Shown here in pieces: positions 56,522 to 64,000 of a DNA stretch of 64,000 nt. The notes under the pieces are model-generated. The model did not search any database and was not told the origin of the DNA. It saw only the letters and a list, made by a program, of their open reading frames with translations. Source of the stretch: an uncultured Anaerolineaceae bacterium (GTDB lineage Bacteria; Chloroflexota; Anaerolineae; Anaerolineales; UBA4823). The number at the start of each line of letters is the position of its first letter. Within the stretch, counting starts at the first letter, position 1. The stretch is taken from positions 51,801 through 115,800 of the forward strand of contig CAYMLG010000008.1 in the NCBI GenBank assembly GCA_964391195.1, read 5' to 3'. Position numbers and translations under genes: made by a program.

Positions 56522-59368
56522 GTGCCCGAAGTTTACCAGCAGTCATCCGAAGAAGCAGTTCGCGAGTTGGGGAGCGACCTCCAGAACGGCCTATCCGATG
56601 AAGAGGCCGCCAGCCGGCTCGAACGCTATGGGCCGAACGAATTGGTCGAACGCGAGCAAATCCGGCCGTGGCAGATCCTGTTGGCCCAATTCACCGAGAC
56701 GATGGTCGTGGTGCTGATCATCGCTGCGGTGATCTCCCTCTTCCTGGGCGAGTACATCGACGCCATCGCCATCGCCGCCATCGTCGTGCTCAATGCGTTG
56801 TTGGGCTTCCGCCAGGAGTACCAGGCGGAACAGGCGATGGCGGCCTTAAAAAAGCTGGCCGTGCCCACCGTGCGCGTCCGGCGCAGCGGGCATATCCGCG
56901 AGGTGTCGGCCAGGGAGATCGTCCCGGGCGATATCGTCATCCTCGAGGCGGGCAACACAGTCCCCGCCGACATGCGCCTGGTCGAGGCGGCCAATATGCG
57001 CACACAGGAAGCTGCCCTGACCGGGGAAAGTGAGCCGGTGTCGAAGACCAGCGAGCCCATCCGGGGGGAAGTGCCCCTGGCCGAACGCACCAACATGGCC
57101 TTCATGGGCACCACGGTCACCTTCGGGCGAGGGGTGGGGGTTGTTTCGGGCACAGGGATGAACACCCAATTGGGGGCAATCGCCGAGCTGATCCAGACCG
57201 CCGGTTTCGAACCTACCCCCCTGCAGCGGCGGCTTGCCCAGCTCGGCAAGTCGCTGGCGGTGGTCGCCTTCATCCTCGTGCTGATTGTTGCCGGGATCGG
57301 GGTGGTCCAGGGGCAAGAGCTGTTGCAGACCTTCGAGGCGGCAATCGCCCTGGCGGTGGCTGCCGTGCCCGAGGGGCTGCCGGCGGTGGTAACCATTGCC
57401 CTGGCGTTGGGAGCGCGGCGCATGTTGAACCGCCGGGCGCTCATCCGTAAACTCCCGGCGGTGGAAACGCTGGGCAGCGTGACCGTGATCTGCAGTGACA
57501 AGACCGGCACCCTGACCGAGAACCGAATGACGGTAACGGTGATCGACGTCGCCGATCACCGCGTTGACCTGACCGAGACCAGGCCGCGGCTGGGATTTCG
57601 CGCCTCCACCGCCCCCTGCGAGGACAAAACCCCTACCGATGAGGAGCAGCAGGCGATGGCAAGCTTCCCCGCGCTGACCTTGCTGCTCACCGGGGGAGCC
57701 CTGGCGAACGATTCGACTCTCGAGTGCGAAGAGGGCCGGCCGGATGTCTTCCACGTGGTCGGCGACCCGACGGAGGGGGCCCTGGTCGTCGCCGCTGCAC
57801 GCATCGGCCTGCTCAAGGAGATCCTGGAAGAGCTATTCCCGCGCGAGGCGGAGGTGCCGTTCGAGAGTGAGCGCAAACGGATGAGCACCATTCACCACCT
57901 CCCGCGCATCGATCAGATCCCACCCGCCCTACGGCGAGCCTGGGACTGGGAAAAATGGTCGGACCGGGAACATGTGATCTTTACCAAGGGCGCCATGGAC
58001 AGCCTGCTGCAGGTCTCCGACCGGGTGTGGGTCGAGGATCACATGGAGCCGCTCAATGAACACTGGGTCGGCCGCATCGAGGAGAGCAACCGCAAGCTGG
58101 CGGCCTCCGGAATGCGCGTGCTCGGGGTCGCCGTGCGGGCCATCGACGCCATCCCGGCCGATGTCTCTGTGGAGACCATCGAACATAACCTGATCTTCGT
58201 AGGGCTGGTGGGCATGATCGATCCGGCCCGGGCGGAAGTAAAGGACGCGGTGGCCACATGCAAGACAGCCGGCATCCGGCCGATCATGATCACCGGCGAC
58301 CATCCGCTCACCGCCCGGTTCATCGCCGAAGAGTTGGGGATCGCTAGTGACTCGATGGGCGGATCGGAGCCTTCCACCCGGGACGGGAGCACCCGCGTGG
58401 TGACCGGGCAGGAGCTGGAAGGGATGCCGCCCGAAGAACTCGAACGCTTGGTGGCGAACACCAACGTCTTCGCTCGGGTTTCGCCGGAGCACAAGCTGCT
58501 CATCGTGCAGGCGCTGCAGAAGCAAGGCCATATCGTGGCCATGACCGGCGACGGCGTGAACGATGCGCCGGCACTTAAGAAGGCGGATATCGGCGTGGCG
58601 ATGGGGATCACCGGGACGGATGTATCCAAGGAAGCCGCCGATATGGTGCTCCTGGACGATAACTTCGCCACCATCGTCGCCGCGGTGGAAGAAGGGCGCA
58701 CGATCTACGATAACATCCGCAAGTTTATCCGCTACATGCTCAGCGCCAACGCGGCCGAGGTGTGGCTGATGCTGGTAGCGCCCTTCCTCGGGATGCCTCT
58801 GCCCCTCACCCCGCTGCAAATCCTGTGGATCAATCTGGTGACCGACGGTCTGCCTGGGCTGGCCCTCGGGGTGGAGAAGTCCGAGCCAGACACCATGCAG
58901 CGTCCCCCGCACCCCACCGGCGAGGGCATCTTCGCCCGCGGTTTGGGCTGGAGTATCATCTGGGTGGGGATCCTGATGGGCTCGATATCGATTGGCCTGG
59001 GCTGGTGGTACTGGAGTCAGGGCGCCCCGATCGACCTGGTGCGCACGATTGTGTTCACCACGATCGTGTTCAGCGAGATGGGGTATGTGCTCTCCATCCG
59101 CTCTTCGACCTATTCGATCTTCCAGATCGGGCTCTTCACCAATCGCTTCCTGCTCGGCGCGGTGGCCCTGACGGTGGTGCTCCAGCTCCTGGTGGTGTAC
59201 GTGCCCTTCTTGCAGGTCATCTTCGAAACCCAGGCCCTGTCCGGACTAGACTTGCTGCTCTGCGCCGTCGCCGGTTCAGCCCTGTTCTTCTTCGTGGAGT
59301 TGGAAAAATGGATCCGCAGGCTGAGCAGGCCGGCGGCGAGTTTGAAACGCACGCCCACCAGCGCCTGA
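56522..59368 (+). CDS. P2-type cation-transporting ATPase (Ca2+-ATPase-like)
   Basis: 948 aa with motifs LTGESEPV, DKTGTLT, TGDHPLTA, MTGDGVNDAPALKKADIGVAMG and 10 TM helices. Confidence 0.95.
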   Translation: MPEVYQQSSEEAVRELGSDLQNGLSDEEAASRLERYGPNELVEREQIRPWQILLAQFTETMVVVLIIAAVISLFLGEYIDAIAIAAIVVLNALLGFRQEYQAEQAMAALKKLAVPTVRVRRSGHIREVSAREIVPGDIVILEAGNTVPADMRLVEAANMRTQEAALTGESEPVSKTSEPIRGEVPLAERTNMAFMGTTVTFGRGVGVVSGTGMNTQLGAIAELIQTAGFEPTPLQRRLAQLGKSLAVVAFILVLIVAGIGVVQGQELLQTFEAAIALAVAAVPEGLPAVVTIALALGARRMLNRRALIRKLPAVETLGSVTVICSDKTGTLTENRMTVTVIDVADHRVDLTETRPRLGFRASTAPCEDKTPTDEEQQAMASFPALTLLLTGGALANDSTLECEEGRPDVFHVVGDPTEGALVVAAARIGLLKEILEELFPREAEVPFESERKRMSTIHHLPRIDQIPPALRRAWDWEKWSDREHVIFTKGAMDSLLQVSDRVWVEDHMEPLNEHWVGRIEESNRKLAASGMRVLGVAVRAIDAIPADVSVETIEHNLIFVGLVGMIDPARAEVKDAVATCKTAGIRPIMITGDHPLTARFIAEELGIASDSMGGSEPSTRDGSTRVVTGQELEGMPPEELERLVANTNVFARVSPEHKLLIVQALQKQGHIVAMTGDGVNDAPALKKADIGVAMGITGTDVSKEAADMVLLDDNFATIVAAVEEGRTIYDNIRKFIRYMLSANAAEVWLMLVAPFLGMPLPLTPLQILWINLVTDGLPGLALGVEKSEPDTMQRPPHPTGEGIFARGLGWSIIWVGILMGSISIGLGWWYWSQGAPIDLVRTIVFTTIVFSEMGYVLSIRSSTYSIFQIGLFTNRFLLGAVALTVVLQLLVVYVPFLQVIFETQALSGLDLLLCAVAGSALFFFVELEKWIRRLSRPAASLKRTPTSA

Positions 59369-59488
59369 ACCCCGGCGCAGCGATGTAATAGATGCCAGGA
59401 ATGAACGGCCTCACCCCTATCGATCACAGGGTGAGGCCGGCAATTTTTACCATGCTGCCGGGCAAACGCTTCCAACCGGGGCGGCCCC

Positions 59489-59728
59489 TCATCGGCGATC
59501 TCCCCGCCGGGCCCACAGCCGGGGTTTTCCGCCGGAACAGGCTGAAGGAGAAGCACAGCCGTGGCACCCCCCCTCGCTGCAGCCATCCACTTCTTTCAGA
59601 TACCCCAGCCGCCTCAAGTGGTCCAGGGCCTGCTCCACCAGCTCTGGGCTGGCATCCAGCTTCCTCGCCAGGCTGGCGGGCCGCACCGCCCCCTCCCTTT
59701 CGATGAGCTCCAACATCCGCTTCAGCAT
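59489..59728 (-). CDS. feoC: FeoC-like protein (winged helix + Cys cluster)
   Basis: 79 aa, the in-frame tail of track ORF 59489..61060: MLKRMLELIEREGAVRPASLARKLDASPELVEQALDHLRRLGYL, then GCSEGGCHGCASPSAC. This parallels the Cys cluster of E. coli FeoC as I remember it. Confidence 0.7.
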   Translation of the reverse strand: MLKRMLELIEREGAVRPASLARKLDASPELVEQALDHLRRLGYLKEVDGCSEGGCHGCASPSACSGGKPRLWARRGDRR

Positions 59729-59890
59729 CTCACACCCCCCAGCCAATGAAATGCGCCACCTGATCGATGAGCACCCCGGATGCCATCGAAATGATAAACA
59801 GCCATTTGCTGTGCATCTCACACCCCCCAGCCAATGAGGCGCGCCACCTGATAGATGAGCACCCCGGATGCCATCGAAATCCCAAACAGC
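59725..59890. repeat. Direct 78-nt duplication (88-nt period) of the feoB 3' end and the feoB/feoC junction
   Basis: Copy A at 59725-59802 and copy B at 59813-59890 are about 71/78 identical. Both start with GCATCTCACACCCCCCAGCCAATGA. Confidence 0.9.
59730..59816 (-). other. 28-codon mini-ORF created by the duplication (relic of the FeoB C-terminus)
   Basis: MHSKWLFIISMASGVLIDQVAHFIGWGV, compared with the FeoB end ISMASGVLIYQVARLIGWGV. Its ATG lies 1 nt after the feoB stop, and its stop lies 1 nt before the feoC ATG. Confidence 0.5.
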
Positions 59891-61842
59891 AACAGGACAC
59901 TGACCAACGTCCAGCGCCACGAACCGGTCTCCTGGCGCATGGTGGCCACCGTGGCCACGCAGGGGATGAAAAGCACCTGTACCGCCAGGAAAGCCAGGGC
60001 CGAGGCCGGCAGCAGCCGGGCGCCAAGCACCCCGGCCAGGCCAAGGCTGCTCTGCCCGGCATCGTATAACACCGCCAGGGTGGAGATGGTGTTTTCCTTG
60101 CGCACGAAGCTGGTCAGCAGGGCGACCATCATCTCCCACTCCAGGCCCATCAACTCGCCCAGCGGAGTCAGCCAACGCCCTACCTCGGCCAGATAGCTGG
60201 ACTCGATCTCGCCGCCTGGATAAGTGGACAGCCCCCACAGCACCACCGAGACGACCAGGATGATAGTGGCCGCGCCTTTGAGAAAATCGATCACCCGCTG
60301 CCAGATGCCCTGCCCGATGGTGTGCAGGTTTGGCCGGTGGTAAAGCGGCAGCTCCATAATGAACGAATTTTGCTCCCCGCGGAACAGCAGCTTGTGGAAC
60401 GCTATCCCCAGCGCGGTGAAGACGACCAGCGCCAGCCCGATCAGGCCCAAGCTGACCCAAATCGCTCGAGGCCCGAAAAAGATCGGAGCAAGGATTGCCA
60501 ACACCGACAGCCGCGCAGTGCAAGGGATGAGCGGGGCGACCAGGATGGTGATCAGCTTCGCCCTGGGCGATTCGATGATCCGTGTGCCCATGATGGCGGG
60601 CACATTGCAGCCGAAGCCGAGGAAGACCGGCAGGAAGCTCTTGCCGTGCAGCCCCATCAGGTGCATGAAACGGTCCATCACGAACGCCGCCCTGGCCATA
60701 TAGCCCACATCTTCCAGCAGCCCGAGACCGGTGAAGAAGATCACCAGGATCGGCAGCAGGGTGAGCACAGTGCCAACCCCAGACACGATCCCATCCGCCA
60801 GCAAGCCGCTGGCCCAATCCGGCGCCCCCACCAGGCTCGCCCGGAGCCAGGCCGCCCCTGCCTGGACGACGTGCGTCTCCAGCCAGCCCTGGAGTGGGGT
60901 GCCCACCGCATAAGTTAACCAGAAAAGGATCCCCAGCAAGCCGATCAGGATCAGCATCCCGGCGACCGGGTGAGTGGCGAACCGGTCCAGCCGGTCGGTG
61001 ATGGTGACCTGCCCGGCTTTCGGCCGGACGATGGCCGCCCTGACCATGCGCCCAATCCATTCATAGCGACCGCTGGCCACTGCCAGGAAAGCATCATCGT
61101 GCTGCAACAGGATCTCGTGGATCTGCTCCCAATCCGGCCCCAGGCGTTCCCGCACCAGGCAGGTGATCTCCTCATCCCCTTCGAGCAGCTTCAACGCCAC
61201 CCAGCCGGGCGGATAGGCAACCGGGCCGGGCAGCCGCCCGGCGATCAGCGCTTCGATCTCGTCCAGCACTGCCCGGTGATCCTCGTGAATATCCGGGCGC
61301 GCCGGGTTCCAAGCTTGCGGGTTATGAGCGACCCGCAGCGCCGTCTCCACCAAAGTCCGCACCCCCTTGCCCTGGCTGGCGACCAGCGGCACCACCGGCA
61401 GCCCCAAGGCCGCTTCAAGCACGTGCGGCTCAACCCGTATTCCCTGCTGTTCGGCCACATCCAGCATATTCAGGCCGATGACCAGGGGCACCGGCAGCGA
61501 AAGCAGCTCGGCCACCAGATAAAGGTTCCGCTCCAGCGAAACCACATCGACGATGACTACGACCACATCCGGAGGGCAGCTCAGCAGATAATCGCGCGCG
61601 ATCAATTCATCGGCTGAGTTGGAAGAGAGGCTGTACGTTCCGGGCAGGTCCACAATCGCCACCGGTTCCTGGCTGCCGTGGTGGTCGCTCAGATGGCACA
61701 ACCCCGTCTTTACCTCGCAGGTTTTCCCCGGCCAATTGCTCACATATTGGGCCTGCCCTGTCAGTTCGTTGTATACCGTTGATTTTCCGACGTTCGGCTG
61801 CCCGGCGAGGGCGATGGTGATGGTGGGCTCGCGGCGATTCAT
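59818..61842 (-). CDS. feoB: Ferrous iron transporter FeoB
   Basis: 674 aa. N-terminal G-domain (GQPNVGKST, DLPGTYS, NMLD) plus a polytopic permease domain. Confidence 0.95.
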   Translation of the reverse strand: MNRREPTITIALAGQPNVGKSTVYNELTGQAQYVSNWPGKTCEVKTGLCHLSDHHGSQEPVAIVDLPGTYSLSSNSADELIARDYLLSCPPDVVVVIVDVVSLERNLYLVAELLSLPVPLVIGLNMLDVAEQQGIRVEPHVLEAALGLPVVPLVASQGKGVRTLVETALRVAHNPQAWNPARPDIHEDHRAVLDEIEALIAGRLPGPVAYPPGWVALKLLEGDEEITCLVRERLGPDWEQIHEILLQHDDAFLAVASGRYEWIGRMVRAAIVRPKAGQVTITDRLDRFATHPVAGMLILIGLLGILFWLTYAVGTPLQGWLETHVVQAGAAWLRASLVGAPDWASGLLADGIVSGVGTVLTLLPILVIFFTGLGLLEDVGYMARAAFVMDRFMHLMGLHGKSFLPVFLGFGCNVPAIMGTRIIESPRAKLITILVAPLIPCTARLSVLAILAPIFFGPRAIWVSLGLIGLALVVFTALGIAFHKLLFRGEQNSFIMELPLYHRPNLHTIGQGIWQRVIDFLKGAATIILVVSVVLWGLSTYPGGEIESSYLAEVGRWLTPLGELMGLEWEMMVALLTSFVRKENTISTLAVLYDAGQSSLGLAGVLGARLLPASALAFLAVQVLFIPCVATVATMRQETGSWRWTLVSVLLLFGISMASGVLIYQVARLIGWGV

Positions 61843-62084
61843 GCTCCCACCCGGACGAATATCTTTTCCGCTTCCCCCTGGCCCAACGCGATCCGCGTCC
61901 CGCGTACACCCACTAACAGCGGACCGTGATGGTGATTCTGGATAACGGTAATTTCAACCCCTGGGGTCAAACCCATAGCGGCGACGCGGGTTGTGAAGTG
62001 CAGCCCCCCCTGCAGCCGGTCAACCACACCCACGGTGCCCGCCCGAAGTTCGCAAAGCGGCGGCATATCAGCTCCTAGAAACAA
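61839..62084 (-). CDS. feoA: FeoA-family protein
   Basis: 81 aa, SH3-like FeoA pattern (LCELRAGTVGVVDRL ... GLTPGVEITVI ... GPLLVGVRGTRIALGQGEAEKIFV). 4-nt overlap with feoB. Confidence 0.9.
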   Translation of the reverse strand: MFLGADMPPLCELRAGTVGVVDRLQGGLHFTTRVAAMGLTPGVEITVIQNHHHGPLLVGVRGTRIALGQGEAEKIFVRVGA

Positions 62085-62516
62085 TCAGGATGATGCAGCG
62101 CGGCAGTCCCCGCACAGGCCGCGCAGATGCAGGTCCACCGAACTGACTTCGAATTGTTCACGCTCGCACAGCGATTGGATCATCGCCTCGATTCCCGGAA
62201 CGCTGAACTCCACCACCCTCCCGCAGCACAGGCAGGTGAAGTGGTAGTGTGGATCGTTCTGGATGGTTTCAAAATGGCCGTGGTTTTCACCCAGGCTGTG
62301 CTCTTCCACCAGGCCGAGGTCTTTCAACAATGCCAGCGAGCGATATACGGTCGCCAGGCTGATATTGGGATCGCGCTCTTTGGCCCGCGCGTAGACGCAT
62401 TCGGCATCCAGATGTTCCTGGCTCTTTTCGAGGATTTCCAAGACCAGGCGGCGTTGAGGCGTTACGCGATGGCCGCGCCCGCGCAGCTTTTTTACGAGCG
62501 CATCGGTTTGAACCAT
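62085..62516 (-). CDS. fur: Fur-family metalloregulator
   Basis: Start set at MVQTDALVKKL (ATG 62516) rather than 62615. Motifs VTPQRRLVLEIL, HHFTCLCCGRVVEF, LCGDC. The stop abuts the feoA start. Confidence 0.9.
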   Translation of the reverse strand: MVQTDALVKKLRGRGHRVTPQRRLVLEILEKSQEHLDAECVYARAKERDPNISLATVYRSLALLKDLGLVEEHSLGENHGHFETIQNDPHYHFTCLCCGRVVEFSVPGIEAMIQSLCEREQFEVSSVDLHLRGLCGDCRAASS

Positions 62517-62593
62517 AAGTCCACTCGTTCGAATCCAGGCTGTCCCCTGGTCTACAGGAGGCAGCGAGAGATGTAATTGATTGTGGAATTTAT

Positions 62594-62620
62594 TGAGAAT
62601 ATATCTCATTATCAATTATA
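62594..62620 (-). promoter_or_regulatory. Fur box overlapping a TATAAT -10 element upstream of fur-feoABC
   Basis: The minus strand reads TATAAT-T-GATAATGAGATATATTCTC. The 19-mer matches the classical GATAATGATAATCATTATC at 14/19 and contains the palindrome TGAGA-ATATA-TCTCA (62594-62608). Confidence 0.55.
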
Positions 62621-62951
62621 GGCAGAATGGAGCCTAAAGCAAGGTGACAAATGTCAGGGATGTGCAGGCCATTTTGCGGTCTGAGAGGGCGATGAACAGC
62701 CGCCCGGAAGATCGCCGGCCTGTTGGGCGAGACCAACGCCAAGACGAAAGTGAGACTGCTCAACTGCTCACCCCTGTGAAGGATGAGCTCGCGTGATCTG
62801 ATCTGTCTTACTTTCTGTCCTACCCTTTGTCCACTATTTTGTAAGCTCAAGGGACACCTAGTCCCCACCGGTGGATGCTTTAATCGGCACAGCTAAGCAG
62901 AACAATGATCATCGGCTTAGTCCAAGTAATATCGCAAAAGGAGTTGAACGT

Positions 62952-64000
62952 ATGTATTCCTGGAACCTCCGCTCACTACGGAACAAAATCCATGCCCCCA
63001 GGGCCAAAGCGCTAATCGGCGCGCTGCTGGGCCTGATGGTCCTCATCGGCGGCGCCTTCTCAGCATACGCACAGGGCCCGGGAGGGGGGAACACGATCTA
63101 CATGCCCCTGCTGTCCAAAGGCCAACAGACCACCCAGGCTCCTCCGACGCAGGCGCCGCCTACCCAACCGCCGCCCACTCAGCCGCCTCCCACCCAGCCG
63201 CCGCCTGGCGACAGTGGTTCGTTCTGGGTTTTCCCTGAAAGCAAGACACAAAGCGGGGCCATCCAGGTAGATGCGGATGGCGGGATGCACCTCGGCTTCG
63301 CGGTCTCGGCCCCTGCCGCTGATAACCCGCCGGCGATCTACATGTACTGCCCGGGCAAGGGCGTGGAATGTGCCGACCCGACGAACTGGAACGGCGTGTC
63401 GATGGCTATGCAGGTCGATGAAGTGCAGCTTCAATTGAGCAGCGATGGACAGCCGCATATGCTGATCCGGGCCGTCTCCCAGGTGATGAACGGCGGCAAG
63501 GATTACCTGTACGCCACCTGCCCGGTTGATTGCACCGACCCGGCGAACTGGGCGGTCTCCCTGGTGTGGACGAGTTGGGGGACCGACATCTTCGACGTCA
63601 GCGACCGCTCCTCCCCCAACCGCAGCTTTGCCCTGGACCCGCAAGGTCGACCGCGCTTCATCTTCTTCGATCGCAATTACCTGGCCGAGCCCGACCACAC
63701 TGGTGTGTACTATGCCCAATGTGATGCTGACTGCGCCACCGACCCCGGGGCCTGGAGCATCACCCTGATGACCCCGGCAGACGAACTCGGATACGATTAC
63801 GAATACCTGGCGCACCCGTCGCTCACCTTCACCAGCAGCGGCGCGCCGCGGGTTGTGGGCCAACTGGACCCACTAAATTCGCTGAACCTCGAAATGGGGG
63901 TTTACTACCTCGAATGTGATACCGGATGCGAGTCCTCCGACAATTGGAGCCGTGTGTGGCTGTACGACCGGGGCTCGACCCCGGAAGTGGCCTGGGATAT
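62952..64000 (+). CDS. Secreted repeat protein (beta-propeller-like, Cys-pair blades), 3' end beyond window
   Basis: Not in the ORF track (no stop in the window). ATG 62952 lies 8 nt after AAGGAG. My translation is open to 64000: signal anchor LIGALLGLMVLIGGAFSAYA, a (Q/T)PPPT linker, then four 57-67-aa repeats each with Y-x(1-3)-C-x(3-6)-C-x(2-4)-[NA]-W. Confidence 0.7.
   Translation, partial: MYSWNLRSLRNKIHAPRAKALIGALLGLMVLIGGAFSAYAQGPGGGNTIYMPLLSKGQQTTQAPPTQAPPTQPPPTQPPPTQPPPGDSGSFWVFPESKTQSGAIQVDADGGMHLGFAVSAPAADNPPAIYMYCPGKGVECADPTNWNGVSMAMQVDEVQLQLSSDGQPHMLIRAVSQVMNGGKDYLYATCPVDCTDPANWAVSLVWTSWGTDIFDVSDRSSPNRSFALDPQGRPRFIFFDRNYLAEPDHTGVYYAQCDADCATDPGAWSITLMTPADELGYDYEYLAHPSLTFTSSGAPRVVGQLDPLNSLNLEMGVYYLECDTGCESSDNWSRVWLYDRGSTPEVAWD

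Noticed and set aside
59489-61060. 523-aa minus-strand ORF overlapping feoB
   Set aside because: It is out of frame with the clearly real FeoB ORF and has Arg/Gly/Pro-rich junk composition. Only its last 79 codons (59489..59728) form a credible gene (FeoC-like).
1-64000. Defence systems, prophage, integrative elements, toxin-antitoxin pairs, tRNA/rRNA genes
   Set aside because: I found no nuclease/helicase/methylase defence signatures, integrase, transposase, phage structural genes or tRNA-like cloverleaf candidates. The FHA/kinase genes sit with cell-wall genes, not with secretion or defence modules. Small TA-size ORFs under 60 aa were not systematically screened and cannot be excluded.

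Overview
High-GC, densely coding bacterial chromosomal window with about 55 CDS. I recognise no rRNA, tRNA, CRISPR array, transposase, integrase or phage genes. Pro/Thr-rich linkers, gene content and the style of the intergenic repeats suggest a Chloroflexota-like organism, but that is inference only. Content, left to right: (1) minus-strand, translationally coupled ppc - DUF4037 - GT-C-like membrane protein genes. (2) A NatAB-like ABC exporter with two paralogous ABC-2 permeases. (3) A 1-kb non-coding gap packed with a composite hairpin repeat family. (4) A methyltransferase, an orphan NarL-type response regulator and a Pro/Thr-rich membrane protein. (5) An actinobacterial-style cell-wall/Ser-Thr signalling cluster: PP2C phosphatase, three FHA proteins, SEDS FtsW/RodA, and a class B PBP fused to an M23 endopeptidase domain. 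It is divergent from two Hanks kinases that share a non-PASTA four-Cys ectodomain, followed by a FecR/DUF5666-repeat protein. (6) A PAS histidine kinase and NarL regulator upstream of an unusual MacB/FtsX-type ABC locus: 912-aa double solute-binding lipoprotein, 967-aa double-FtsX permease, HlyD-type adaptor, and two different ATPases, one with an AbrB-like tail. (7) A 15-kb minus-strand IclR-headed catabolic island: sugar-type ABC importer, oxidoreductases, M55 and M20 peptidases, aminotransferase, KDG kinase, KDPG aldolase. (8) CE7 esterase, GT1 glycosyltransferase, rpsD, P-type cation ATPase. (9) A fur-feoA-feoB-(duplication-born mini-ORF)-feoC operon with a Fur box. (10) The 5' part of a secreted Cys-pair repeat protein running off the right edge. 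No canonical defence or mobile system was seen. The best candidates for something undescribed are the SBP/MacB/adaptor/dual-ATPase locus, the PBP-M23 fusion inside the FHA/kinase cluster, the shared kinase ectodomain and the hairpin repeat family. All family assignments come from reading motifs by eye; no searches were run.
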